Below are positions 27,957 to 37,406 of a stretch of DNA of 64,000 bases, one piece after another. A program made the translations under genes and the position numbers. Source of the stretch: a virus. The notes under the pieces are model-generated. The model did no database searches. It worked only from the letters and a program-made list of their open reading frames with translations, and had not been told where the DNA came from. Location of the stretch: the IMG/VR virus record IMGVR_UViG_3300031787_000078, positions 1,581 to 65,580 of that record; one strand, given 5' to 3'. Within the stretch, counting starts at the first letter, position 1. Every line of letters starts with the position of its first letter.

Positions 27957-28239
27957 TGAACATCTAATGGATTTGGAACCGGTGGAGGAGTTAATTGATT
28001 ATACAAGGGAACTTGAAGAAATCGTATTACAAAGAGAGATTGAAGATTCATATGATAAAGAACATATATTAAGATCTATGTTATTAGACATATTAACAAG
28101 TTGTCGTGATATGGAAGAAACAAACCAACTAGCAGAAAGATATCCTGATATGTATGAAAAATGTGATTCTGAATCTTTAGTTAAAAATTTAAAGATTTAT
28201 ATTATGGATATGAATAGTAAAAATAATTTAAGGTTATGA
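27925..28239 (+). CDS. hypothetical protein
   Basis: 104-aa ORF in a chain of overlapping small ORFs. Confidence 0.35.
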   Translation: MKSISQIFRDNEHLMDLEPVEELIDYTRELEEIVLQREIEDSYDKEHILRSMLLDILTSCRDMEETNQLAERYPDMYEKCDSESLVKNLKIYIMDMNSKNNLRL

Positions 28240-28553
28240 ATAAGATTACTTTAATTGAAAATTGTTTTGGTCCTGATGTTGAAATTGACGATGAGTCATT
28301 ATTTATACATGAGTATGATAATAGAAATCCTGATATGATTAGTGATTTACAGGATCAACTAATTGATAAATTAAAATCACTAAAAAATAATTTAAGTATG
28401 AGTAATTGGACTGAGATTGCAATGATAGTTATTAATAGTGGAGATGAGTTTGAGTATGATGTTGAAAACTCAAAAGATTATGAACCCTGTGATCAATGTG
28501 GTAATTGGAATCATAACCATAAATTTATAAAAAAAAATAAAAACGATGAATAA
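28236..28553 (+). CDS. hypothetical protein with CxxC/HxH cluster
   Basis: CDQCGNWNHNH near the C-terminus. Confidence 0.35.
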   Translation: MNKITLIENCFGPDVEIDDESLFIHEYDNRNPDMISDLQDQLIDKLKSLKNNLSMSNWTEIAMIVINSGDEFEYDVENSKDYEPCDQCGNWNHNHKFIKKNKNDE

Positions 28554-28845
28554 GATTATTATAATGGAAAAGGAACCATATTTGGTTTCTGACGAAGAAA
28601 TTCAATTAGGAGATATTGCTATTGTAACCGTTGGTGGTCAGTATCCATCAAAGGTTGTATGTGAGAATGAAACAGTATTATCGCTAGTAAAAGATCCAAA
28701 GTTAACTTTAACAAAAAGTTATAAATTAGTTGGAGATCCAGATAAGGTAAAATTACCGGAATCAAGAATCAATAATATAATTGAAAATGGTGGTATGTGT
28801 GACGTAACAATCGAAGGTTCTGAAATTAAATTTATGACGGTATGA
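28546..28845 (+). CDS. hypothetical protein
   Basis: 99-aa ORF. Confidence 0.35.
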   Translation: MNKIIIMEKEPYLVSDEEIQLGDIAIVTVGGQYPSKVVCENETVLSLVKDPKLTLTKSYKLVGDPDKVKLPESRINNIIENGGMCDVTIEGSEIKFMTV

Positions 28846-28941
28846 TGTTAATTGAAGGTATTTTACACATAGTTGCAATTGGTTGGTTTGTAATAGTTAT
28901 GCCAATATATTTTGTTATAAGATTTTTTAAAAGTAAAAAAA

Positions 28942-29496
28942 ATGGTTACGGAGATTGATGATTTTTTAAGTCCAGAAGAATGTGATAATTTAATAAGTTT
29001 GGCGTCCGCTACTTTTGATGAGGTAGGAGTCCTTGGAGAAAGCGTAGAAGGTTATAGAGTTGCTTCAGGGGCTTGGTTAGAGGAGGAAGATGGTGAAGTT
29101 CCATTGAAATATATGGATCTTGTTTCAGAAATTACAAAATTACCAAAAGTTAATATGGAGAGTATCCATGTTGTTAAATATGGTATTGGTGAAGAATATA
29201 AGGATCATCACGACTTTTTTCACCCTGGTGAATCTTATTATGAAGATGAATTAAGTAGAGGTGGTCAAAGATTAAAAACTGCGTTAGTGTATTTGAATGA
29301 TGAATTTGAAGGTGGGGAAACTAATTTCCCAAATTTAAATATTATGGTAAAACCTAAAAAGGGAAAATTAGTTTTATGGGATAACATTAATGAGGATGGA
29401 TCTTTAGATTATGATAGCCTTCATGCGGGACTACCTGTAAAAAGTGGATACAAGTATATTGCGGTTATTTGGATAAGAGAAAATGAATTTTATTAA
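28942..29496 (+). CDS. 2OG-Fe(II) oxygenase, prolyl 4-hydroxylase-like
   Basis: HHD (HxD) facial-triad motif, TALVYLNDEFEGGETNFP, KKGKLVLW, distal His in SLHAGLPV, KYIAVIWIRE; matches the P4Hc pattern. Confidence 0.85.
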   Translation: MVTEIDDFLSPEECDNLISLASATFDEVGVLGESVEGYRVASGAWLEEEDGEVPLKYMDLVSEITKLPKVNMESIHVVKYGIGEEYKDHHDFFHPGESYYEDELSRGGQRLKTALVYLNDEFEGGETNFPNLNIMVKPKKGKLVLWDNINEDGSLDYDSLHAGLPVKSGYKYIAVIWIRENEFY

Positions 29497-29547
29497 AAAT
29501 TTGTTTTATTAAAAAAGTTTTATTAAATTTGTCCTATATATTAAGTT

Positions 29548-29784
29548 ATGGACCCAATTAAAGCAAATTTATTATCTCAAACTTTAGAGATTACGTTTAC
29601 TCAGGAGGCGGATTGTTGTTCAATCGAAGAACAATATTTAACCATTAAAACAGAGAATGGTGGTGGGGGTGACTTCTATGTCATTGAGACCAAAAGATGG
29701 TCATTTGATACTATCGAAGAAATTATTGATACATTAACTCAATTTAAAAATAAACACCTTAAAATAAAAGAAGAAAATTTATGA
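29548..29784 (+). CDS. hypothetical protein
   Basis: 78-aa ORF. Confidence 0.35.
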   Translation: MDPIKANLLSQTLEITFTQEADCCSIEEQYLTIKTENGGGGDFYVIETKRWSFDTIEEIIDTLTQFKNKHLKIKEENL

Positions 29785-30023
29785 AAAAATTAATTTTTAT
29801 TACTCTAATTGGATTTATGTTGTTTTCTTGTGTGGGAAAAGAATATAGATACGAAATTCATGGTAAAGTTTATGTCCCAACGTCAGGTTTAAATCCTATG
29901 CATGATGCCATATGGTATACCGATACAATTAGTTTTGATGGAGACACAATTTACTATTTTAACAGTGATGGATCTGAAGTGAGAATTCATCCTCCATATA
30001 TATTAAAAGATTATTCAAAATGA
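29781..30023 (+). CDS. putative lipoprotein
   Basis: Signal plus lipobox-like MLFSC. Confidence 0.4.
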   Translation: MKKLIFITLIGFMLFSCVGKEYRYEIHGKVYVPTSGLNPMHDAIWYTDTISFDGDTIYYFNSDGSEVRIHPPYILKDYSK

Positions 30024-30433
30024 AAATAGGAATAACCTGTTCTTGTTTTGATTTATTTCATGCGGGACACGTAAAAATGTTGGAGGAAGCAAAAACACAG
30101 TGTGATTACTTAATAATAGCATTACAAACAGACCCAACAATTGATAGACCTGAAAAGAATAAACCGGTACAATCAGTTGTTGAAAGATACATCCAACTGA
30201 AAGGATGTAAGTTTGTTGATGAGATCATCCCTTATGAAACAGAAAAAGATTTAGAGGATATTTTTAAGACATTAAAATTAGATGTAAGGATTATAGGTGA
30301 GGATTATAAAGGAAAAGATTTCACCGCAAAACAAATATGTTTAGATAGGAGTATTGTGTTATACTATAATGAAAGAAAACACAATTTCTCAAGTACAGAA
30401 CTTAAAAAAAGAATAAATAATGGCAAAAATTGA
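30020..30433 (+). CDS. cytidylyl/adenylyltransferase (TagD / RfaE domain-II-like nucleotidyltransferase)
   Basis: CFDLFHAGH (HxGH) motif and overall fit to ~130-aa glycerol-3-phosphate cytidylyltransferase / heptose-1-phosphate adenylyltransferase domains. Confidence 0.8.
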   Translation: MKIGITCSCFDLFHAGHVKMLEEAKTQCDYLIIALQTDPTIDRPEKNKPVQSVVERYIQLKGCKFVDEIIPYETEKDLEDIFKTLKLDVRIIGEDYKGKDFTAKQICLDRSIVLYYNERKHNFSSTELKKRINNGKN

Positions 30434-31316
30434 TGAATTAAAAAAAAAATACCCAAAAGTTATTAAATCCGTTGCTGATAGATTTTTTGAAGGTGATAAA
30501 ACACCAACCAAAAAATATCTTGAGTTTATGTTCAAGATGTGGGCAACAAGAACTAATAGACCAACTGAGGCATTTTCTTCCGCTCAGTATGTTAAAGTAA
30601 TTAATCAGTTTGATCAGTTGTTACCATATATTGAAAATAAAGATATATATAGTGGTCAATATAAATCTATAGTGCAATTATTTAGAGTAGTTGATAATGC
30701 TAAAGTATTAAAAGAAGAAAATGAATTTATTCGTGAAGATCATGTTGATGTTTTAATTGATAATGAAGATTATCTTTTAATTAGTCCTTTAACTTTAAAG
30801 GGATCCATAAAATATGGTGCGAATACTAAATGGTGTACTGCCAGTAAATCAAGTTCTTATCACTTTACAAGTTACACTAGAGATGGTTATTTGTTTTATT
30901 TGATCTCAAAAAAAGAAAGAGGTAAAAATCATGATAAGGTTGCGTTTTATTCTCGTGGTGGTAAAAATGAACACTTGACCACGTCTTACGCAATTTATAA
31001 TCAAATTGATACTGAGATTAACGAGCAAAAATTTATTTTGAATGGTTGGACTATGTTTGATCTATTTGAAATAATGACTAAAATAAGAGTTTATGCATAT
31101 GAAAAGTATGTAATTGAAAAGGCTAAAACTGATGTTGAAAAAACTGTTAATATTCTGAAGTCAGTTAATTTAGATGAATTTTTACAACAAGTTAATTTGT
31201 TAGAAAAATACGGAGAAAGTGGGGAAATAGAAGGAAGAGATGAATTGGAAAAAGTAATTCAAACTTTAAGTAAAAAAACAGAAGATTTATTTGGTAAATC
31301 TAAAATTAATGTGTAA
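30420..31316 (+). CDS. hypothetical protein, KYGAxTKWC family paralog C
   Basis: PLTLKGSIKYGANTKWCTASKSS…YLISK and an N-terminal DKTPTKKYLEFMFKMW block. Confidence 0.5.
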   Translation: MAKIDELKKKYPKVIKSVADRFFEGDKTPTKKYLEFMFKMWATRTNRPTEAFSSAQYVKVINQFDQLLPYIENKDIYSGQYKSIVQLFRVVDNAKVLKEENEFIREDHVDVLIDNEDYLLISPLTLKGSIKYGANTKWCTASKSSSYHFTSYTRDGYLFYLISKKERGKNHDKVAFYSRGGKNEHLTTSYAIYNQIDTEINEQKFILNGWTMFDLFEIMTKIRVYAYEKYVIEKAKTDVEKTVNILKSVNLDEFLQQVNLLEKYGESGEIEGRDELEKVIQTLSKKTEDLFGKSKINV

Positions 31317-31354
31317 TTTTGTTATTCACAAGTTAAATAAAATAAATGAAGTAA

Positions 31355-31576
31355 ATGTTTAAAACAGAAAAGTTAGGACTATGGGGAGTCATAATACTAA
31401 CAACGATCTATCTCTATCTAATCAATTTATATTTTGAATATATTCTTAGTAGAGAAGTGGCAACCGAAATCCAAATTGTTGTAAGTTTATTAGCCTTGGC
31501 TTACACAATTTTTCAAGTAAAATTAGTAGTTAACAAGGCAATTAGTTTATTTAAAAAAGAAGAAAAAAATGATTAG
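31355..31576 (+). CDS. small membrane protein
   Basis: 73 aa with two hydrophobic helices. Confidence 0.4.
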   Translation: MFKTEKLGLWGVIILTTIYLYLINLYFEYILSREVATEIQIVVSLLALAYTIFQVKLVVNKAISLFKKEEKND

Positions 31577-32474
31577 TATTGTATTATTTATTGTGTTTAT
31601 TGTTATTGGAGCAATAATGTTTTTATCTGGTCGTGCAAATGACAATGACCGAAAAATGGTAACGGGAATTGCCGTTACTATAATTGGAATTTTAATCTCA
31701 TTTTTCCAACCTTACTCAATTGAAAAAATTGACGCTGGACACAAAGGATTAAAAATTAATTTAGTTGGAAACCAACGAGGAGTGTCAAGTTATCAATATA
31801 AGACAGGATGGGTTTTCTACAATAGTTGGACAGAACAAGTATTAGAATTTCCAACATATCAACAACATATTGAATATGAAGACCAAGGAGTTATCCTTAA
31901 AGGTGGGTTCTCGGCGACAATTAAACCAACATTCAACTATTCGTTACGTGAGGATGCTATTGGTGATATGTTTGTAAATTTACGTAGAGATATTAAAGAA
32001 GTTGAACAAGGATGGTTAAAAAATGCTATTATTGGTGCCGTTAATGACGTTGCGAACACATGGGAAGTAGATAGTATTTTTAATCACCGACAAGCATTTG
32101 AGGCTGCGATTGTATTGGAATGTAATAATCGTTTATCCAAGTGGTTTAATGTATCTCAATTACGAACTAATATTGTTCCACCTGATGCTTTACAAGAGTC
32201 GATTATTGCGAAGACCAAGGCAATCCAACAAGCGGAGGCATCAGAACAACAAGCGATCGCTGCGATTTCTGAGGGTAGACGTAAAGTTGCTGTTGCCAGA
32301 GCTGACTCAGCGGAAACTATCATCAACGCACAAGCTGCGGCACTTGCAATCAAGATCAAACAGAATCAATTATCTCCTCTGTATATTGAATACTTGAAAG
32401 CACAGGCTTGGGATGGAAAATTGCCTACCACAATGGCAGGAGGATCAGGGACCTTCCTTAATATAAAGAACTAA
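31569..32474 (+). CDS. SPFH/band-7 (stomatin/prohibitin/HflC-like) domain protein
   Basis: N-terminal TM helix then a band-7-like core and an Ala/Gln-rich C-terminal helix (AIQQAEASEQQAIAAISEGRRKVAVARADSAETIINAQAAALAIKIKQ), typical of SPFH proteins. Confidence 0.65.
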   Translation: MISIVLFIVFIVIGAIMFLSGRANDNDRKMVTGIAVTIIGILISFFQPYSIEKIDAGHKGLKINLVGNQRGVSSYQYKTGWVFYNSWTEQVLEFPTYQQHIEYEDQGVILKGGFSATIKPTFNYSLREDAIGDMFVNLRRDIKEVEQGWLKNAIIGAVNDVANTWEVDSIFNHRQAFEAAIVLECNNRLSKWFNVSQLRTNIVPPDALQESIIAKTKAIQQAEASEQQAIAAISEGRRKVAVARADSAETIINAQAAALAIKIKQNQLSPLYIEYLKAQAWDGKLPTTMAGGSGTFLNIKN

Positions 32475-32479
32475 AAATT

Positions 32480-32507
32480 AACCCCAATCTTATGGTTGGG
32501 GTTTTTT
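32480..32507 (+). terminator. rho-independent terminator
   Basis: AACCCCAA-TCTTATGG-TTGGGGTT stem followed by TTTTT, directly after the stop. Confidence 0.6.
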
Positions 32508-32524
32508 ATTTAAAAATATTTTAT

Positions 32525-32532
32525 TATATTTG
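32525..32532 (+). promoter_or_regulatory. TATATTTG -7-like element
   Basis: TAnnTTTG 4 nt before the ATG at 32537. Confidence 0.3.
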
Positions 32533-32536
32533 AATT

Positions 32537-32770
32537 ATGGTAAATAGAAGTAGACATTACGGAGACGTACAAAATTGGATTGAGAAAGTTATTGACTCTT
32601 GTGAGACATATGAACAAACCCGTTCGGCAAGAAGATTAGTATGGAACTTTGAAAAACAAATGGTTAGAAATAAAGTAGATAGTAATATTCTTTATACTAT
32701 TGGGGGTTATTTGCGTGACTTAATTAGTAACAAGGTAAAGGAAATACAAGGAAAATATTTAGAATTATAG
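32537..32770 (+). CDS. hypothetical protein
   Basis: 77-aa ORF. Confidence 0.4.
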   Translation: MVNRSRHYGDVQNWIEKVIDSCETYEQTRSARRLVWNFEKQMVRNKVDSNILYTIGGYLRDLISNKVKEIQGKYLEL

Positions 32771-32773
32771 GAT

Positions 32774-32947
32774 ATGGGAAATAAAGGAGAAAAAATAGCG
32801 ATAGTGATTGGAATCATTATAGGATGTATTTTAGGTGGCATTATGTCACATTCAATACTTAAGGATGCAAAGAAATGTGAATTACTTGTTGAAGAAAATA
32901 AAATGTTGAGAGATATGCTCTATGAGGAGCAAAATGATGGTCAATAA
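32774..32947 (+). CDS. small membrane protein (57 aa)
   Basis: Hand-translated MGNKGEKIAIVIGIIIGCILGGIMSHSILKDAKKCELLVEENKMLRDMLYEEQNDGQ. Its stop abuts the ATG at 32948; not in the ORF track. Confidence 0.35.
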   Translation: MGNKGEKIAIVIGIIIGCILGGIMSHSILKDAKKCELLVEENKMLRDMLYEEQNDGQ

Positions 32948-33871
32948 ATGGGAGAATTGGGATTTAAAATATCTGGTTGTTTTGGAGATGTTCTTAACTC
33001 TACTCCTGTATTAAGATATTTTAGTTTATCACATAACCGTAAATTAAGTATTGAAACAAATAGACCTCAAGTTTTTAAAAATAATCCGTATGTGGATAAA
33101 ATATATAATCCTGAAGAAGGTGTAATAATGCCACATCATATACCATTTTATGATTGTAATGGTCATAATTTTGGTGAAAGTCAAAAACAAATCAGGAAAA
33201 TGAGTTTAGTTGATTATTGGTCAACTCAACTTGGGTGTATATTAACACCTGAAGAAAGGACCTTGGAGTTTTATCCGGATCCAATAGACATTGATATCCC
33301 TGAAGGTAAATATGTGGTATTAAACCCTTCGATAACTTGGGAGTCAAGAACTTGGGATCAACACAAATGGGAAGAACTTATTGAAAAGATACTTAGTATT
33401 GGTTTAAAAGTTGTTGTTGATGGTAAAGATGTTACATATGGTGAAGGAGATAAAAAAAGTTTTTTTAAAATAGAAACCCCAAATGTAATTAATACCGGTA
33501 ATAAATTAAATCTATCTCAAATTTGGCATTTAATAAATAATAGTTTTGCCATTGTTACCATGGATAGTGGTTTGTTGCATTTGGCAGGAACTACTGATAC
33601 AAATATAATAGAGTTAGGTAGTGCAATTAATCCATATTATAGGACACCATATCGTAAAGGAAGTCAGGACTATAAACATAAGTTTGTTGGTGGATCCTGT
33701 AAGTTATTTTGTCAATCAGATATGAAATACAATATGTTAGTTAACGAAAAACTAACGGCCTGGAACGCATATTTAAAACCAGGTTGTTATGAAAATAAAC
33801 CAACGTATGAATGTCAACCATCTGTCAGTGCGGCATTCAACGCATTACTTGAATTAATAGTTAATAAATAA
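32948..33871 (+). CDS. glycosyltransferase family 9 (heptosyltransferase-like)
   Basis: YVVLNPSITWESRTW…WEELIEKI and TMDSGLLHLAGTTDTNIIELGS match the GT9 DSGPMHLAAALGTPxVxLFG region. Confidence 0.65.
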   Translation: MGELGFKISGCFGDVLNSTPVLRYFSLSHNRKLSIETNRPQVFKNNPYVDKIYNPEEGVIMPHHIPFYDCNGHNFGESQKQIRKMSLVDYWSTQLGCILTPEERTLEFYPDPIDIDIPEGKYVVLNPSITWESRTWDQHKWEELIEKILSIGLKVVVDGKDVTYGEGDKKSFFKIETPNVINTGNKLNLSQIWHLINNSFAIVTMDSGLLHLAGTTDTNIIELGSAINPYYRTPYRKGSQDYKHKFVGGSCKLFCQSDMKYNMLVNEKLTAWNAYLKPGCYENKPTYECQPSVSAAFNALLELIVNK

Positions 33872-34245
33872 TGGAAATAGAAGTATCAATTGGGGAGATT
33901 GTTGATAAATTATCAATTCTCAATATTAAAAAAGATAATATAGTTGATGAACTTAAGTTGGAAAACATTAGCAAAGAATATCTTTACTTACACGAAATAG
34001 TATTTGCAAAACTAAATATTAGTTATGATGATGAGTATCTTATCTTACTTGAGGTTAATAAATTGCTATGGGATGTTGAAGATAAATTAAGAGATAAAGA
34101 AAGAAGTAAAGAATTTGATTCTGAGTTTATCGAACTGGCAAGATCTGTTTATTTTATAAACGATAAAAGATCAAGAATAAAAAAAGAAATAAATGAAAAA
34201 TATTCTTCAGATTTTATTGAGGAAAAATCATATAAACCATATTAA
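33871..34245 (+). CDS. hypothetical protein
   Basis: 124-aa ORF. Confidence 0.4.
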   Translation: MEIEVSIGEIVDKLSILNIKKDNIVDELKLENISKEYLYLHEIVFAKLNISYDDEYLILLEVNKLLWDVEDKLRDKERSKEFDSEFIELARSVYFINDKRSRIKKEINEKYSSDFIEEKSYKPY

Positions 34246-34253
34246 AATAAAAT

Positions 34254-34871
34254 ATGAATTTTACAAATAGAGAACAAATTGGTGATTTTCTTAAACATCA
34301 TAATTTAAATAGGATTGGGGTTGAGTTAGGATCCTTCAAAGGACAATTTGCAAATACAATTTTAAATAATTGGGAAGGTAAATTGTTAATGGTAGATGTG
34401 TGGAGAGAACTACCTCATCAGGAGTATGATGATGCTTCTAACCATAGAGAACATATTGATGCTTACTCACAATCAATGGAAAACATAAAGGGTTTTGAGG
34501 ACCGAGCATATATGCTGAGAATGAAAGGTGAGCACGCTTGTGATTTTATTCAAGACGAATCTTTAGATTTCATTTATATTGATGCTAATCACACATACGA
34601 TGCGGTTAAACAGGATCTCAAGTTGTGGTACCCAAAAATTAAATCGGGTGGTTTAGTAATGGGTCACGATTATTTACCGGATTATTTTTATGAAGGTAAA
34701 GAAGAAAAAGATCAGGCACTTTATACTTTTCCTGATGGGCAACCTGAAAAAGCAAAATACACTGGTATGTTTGGAGTTAACCCTGCGGTAAATGAATTCT
34801 GTAAAGATAATGGTTATCTTATAAACAAAACTGATGAGTTCCTTGCGACTTGGTGGTTCATTAAAAAATAG
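34254..34871 (+). CDS. class I SAM-dependent methyltransferase (Methyltransf_24 / O-methyltransferase-like)
   Basis: GVELGSFKG Gly-rich motif; IYIDANHTYDAVKQDLKLWYPKIKSGGLVMGHDY matches the family's C-terminal region. Confidence 0.55.
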   Translation: MNFTNREQIGDFLKHHNLNRIGVELGSFKGQFANTILNNWEGKLLMVDVWRELPHQEYDDASNHREHIDAYSQSMENIKGFEDRAYMLRMKGEHACDFIQDESLDFIYIDANHTYDAVKQDLKLWYPKIKSGGLVMGHDYLPDYFYEGKEEKDQALYTFPDGQPEKAKYTGMFGVNPAVNEFCKDNGYLINKTDEFLATWWFIKK

Positions 34872-34875
34872 TTAT

Positions 34876-36018
34876 ATGGATAGAGTATCAATTATACTTC
34901 ATTGTACTGAGAATTATTTACAAAATTCATTGAACTTAGTTAAGTCATTAAATCTATATCATAACAATTTAGATTTTTATTTATATACGCTTAACTTTAG
35001 TCACGATTCAGATATACCAAACTTAACCACAGTTCCAATTGGTGAAGTTAGTATTGAAAACAATATGAGTTTTATTGGTAACAAAAATGATGTGTCCAAT
35101 AAAAATATGTTTAAGTCAGTATTCTTCAAAAGTAAGGTGGTATTAAGTACTTTAGAATATCTTAAGTTGGATCAGGCGATCTATATTGATTCCGATATGG
35201 TAGCCACAGGTGATATATCAGAGTTATTTAAATATTTTGATCAGGTTGAGGATTACCCATTAATTCAACAGGGGTTATTTGAATATCAGATAAATTATGG
35301 TAGAGGAAATCCGTTTCATAATGGAGGATTTGACGAAACAAACATATTGGAATATCCATTAATGAATAAACACCACATACCGGTAAAGAATAGAACACAT
35401 TATTCGGTTACATCAGTAATGGTTTATAATAAAAATTGTAAACAATTCTTCAAAGAGTATGATTGGATGAATGAGTTTGCATTTGATATGGATATTGAAG
35501 ATATAAAATATTATTATCCATTTAGTGATGAGACAACAATGAATGTTTTATTGTGGAAATATAAATACAATAAAAGATTACCTTTTATGCAAATGAATAT
35601 TGATAACATTGATAATGTTGTTGAGTTTTACGAATCCAATTATGAATATGAAAAAGAATTGAGTTCTTATGTTAGAGTACCAAGTTCAGAAAAAAGAAAA
35701 GATATATTATTTTTTCACGGAGCAAAAGGAGAATTATCTAATGAAATTCAATTTCTACAGAGAGAAATTTTTAATGTTAGAATAGATTATAATGAAAATA
35801 AGTATTATATTTCATCTAAGATTAATTTTGATCGAGAATTAAATATTACTTTTTATGATGGGGATGATTTAATCTATCAATCCACAAACCATATAAAAAA
35901 AGGATTTGAATATTGGTTTAGTCCCAGTAGAAAATTTGTTGATGTTGAGAGTTTAAGAGTTAAAATAGTTGATGATGGTAAATTAATATTCAAAGATGAT
36001 AAATTTAAAAGATTATAA
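34876..36018 (+). CDS. glycosyltransferase family 8-like (DxD)
   Basis: AIYIDSDMVATGDISELF resembles the GT8 DxD region (YLDSDxxVxxDxxELW). Start set at ATG 34876 to avoid a 38-nt overlap with the upstream gene. Confidence 0.45.
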   Translation: MDRVSIILHCTENYLQNSLNLVKSLNLYHNNLDFYLYTLNFSHDSDIPNLTTVPIGEVSIENNMSFIGNKNDVSNKNMFKSVFFKSKVVLSTLEYLKLDQAIYIDSDMVATGDISELFKYFDQVEDYPLIQQGLFEYQINYGRGNPFHNGGFDETNILEYPLMNKHHIPVKNRTHYSVTSVMVYNKNCKQFFKEYDWMNEFAFDMDIEDIKYYYPFSDETTMNVLLWKYKYNKRLPFMQMNIDNIDNVVEFYESNYEYEKELSSYVRVPSSEKRKDILFFHGAKGELSNEIQFLQREIFNVRIDYNENKYYISSKINFDRELNITFYDGDDLIYQSTNHIKKGFEYWFSPSRKFVDVESLRVKIVDDGKLIFKDDKFKRL

Positions 36019-36430
36019 AATAATAAAATATACGTATGTCTTAGGTAATAAAGAATTGACTGTCCAACTTTGGGATAAAATGAATTTCCAAGAAACTAGA
36101 TGGGCGGTTAAGTTAACTTTGGAAGGAGTTAATGATTCCTCATCAAATGATGATTACCCTGCTTGGGATGTATTCTTTCTTGAAAGTAAATTAGAGGAAA
36201 AAATTAATGAGATATTATTCAAATATGAAATTGAATATGTTGCCGAAGATTTATCACATTTATTATTGGAGGACCCATCAGGATTAACTGAAGAACTTAT
36301 CAATAAAATAGATTTCTTTTTGGAAAAAAATTTAACTATTGATGATGTTTTAGATAATATAATTGATGTGGGCATTGAAAATATTACTATCTTTGAAAAA
36401 TATTTTTTGAAAAAACAAGAAAATGAATAA
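35996..36430 (+). CDS. hypothetical protein
   Basis: 144-aa ORF. Confidence 0.4.
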   Translation: MINLKDYKIIKYTYVLGNKELTVQLWDKMNFQETRWAVKLTLEGVNDSSSNDDYPAWDVFFLESKLEEKINEILFKYEIEYVAEDLSHLLLEDPSGLTEELINKIDFFLEKNLTIDDVLDNIIDVGIENITIFEKYFLKKQENE

Positions 36431-37406
36431 TAAAGAGAGAATTTTAAAGAAATTATTATTTGATATATTTGATAAATTAAGTAAAGATGCGGATGTATAT
36501 AATCATAACGGATCTTTATGGTTGATTAATACGGATAGTACAAGATGGATTTTTGAGTTTACCAAAAGTAAAACTTTATGGTATAATTATAATTTTTTTA
36601 GATCTGCTTTAAAATTTGTTTCTTTGGATGTTAATGAGGGTGATAACCAAAAATATATAACTGAATGGTTTGAATCTAGATACTTAAATATCAATCAGGT
36701 GAAACACACCCACTACCAAAATTTCAAGAAACGAGCTCAAGTTGAAGACACCATTCAAAATGGGGTGAAAGACACAAAATCCAATGTTCATCCTTATCCC
36801 AAAGAGGTTAGAGACACCATTCAAAATGGGGTGAAAGATATGAAAGAATCTCACTTTTATCGTAAATCAAGAATAACAGATGTTACTCAAGACGGAGTTA
36901 AGGAAACTGAATTACATAAAGGAGTTAGACCATCCGCAGTTGGAGATGCCATTCAAAATGGGGTGAAACGCACCTTACCTGAATCAATTCCCGATTCATT
37001 TGGTATTAACGATGCTATTCAAAATGGGGTAAAAGAAACAAAACAAAGGCAGAAGGTTTTTCAGTTTAGGGTTGATGGTACCATTCAAAATGGGGTGAAA
37101 GAAACCAAGAAAGGTATTGGAATCCCAAGTTCCAAAGTTGACGACACTATTCAAAATGGGGTTAAAGAAATTCAACCACTACCGGCTCAGGATGGTAATA
37201 TGGATTGGGGTTTATATTATCAAAGACAAGAAGACAGAACCAAACCACATATTGAATATGTTAGAGATGTGATTGAAGAACATCATCATAGAAGAAGAGA
37301 GGTGATTGTAACAATAAAAGATGGCGTAAAAGAAACTCACCAAGATTGTTCAAATAACACTGCAAGAGTTGAAGGTATAATTAGAGTTGGAGAAAAATTA
37401 GATTAA
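36423..37406 (+). CDS. repeat protein with about nine xIQNGVK(E/D)T units
   Basis: Repeats DTIQNGVKDTK, DTIQNGVKDMK, DVTQDGVKETE, DAIQNGVKRTL, DAIQNGVKETK, GTIQNGVKETK, DTIQNGVKEIQ, TIKDGVKETH separated by variable spacers. Confidence 0.5.
   Translation: MNNKERILKKLLFDIFDKLSKDADVYNHNGSLWLINTDSTRWIFEFTKSKTLWYNYNFFRSALKFVSLDVNEGDNQKYITEWFESRYLNINQVKHTHYQNFKKRAQVEDTIQNGVKDTKSNVHPYPKEVRDTIQNGVKDMKESHFYRKSRITDVTQDGVKETELHKGVRPSAVGDAIQNGVKRTLPESIPDSFGINDAIQNGVKETKQRQKVFQFRVDGTIQNGVKETKKGIGIPSSKVDDTIQNGVKEIQPLPAQDGNMDWGLYYQRQEDRTKPHIEYVRDVIEEHHHRRREVIVTIKDGVKETHQDCSNNTARVEGIIRVGEKLD
36745..37180 (+). repeat. imperfect tandem repeats (caccattcaaaatggggtgaaaga core) encoding the IQNGVKET motif
   Basis: Core 24-nt sequence recurs at about 36751, 36819, 36949, 37010, 37083, 37148 with degenerate copies beyond. 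Confidence 0.5.

Noticed and set aside
32098-32397. ORFs 32098-32397 (+, alternate frame) and 32156-32359 (-) inside the SPFH gene
   Set aside because: Embedded in the Ala/Gln-rich helical region of a motif-supported gene; alternate frames open by codon repetition.
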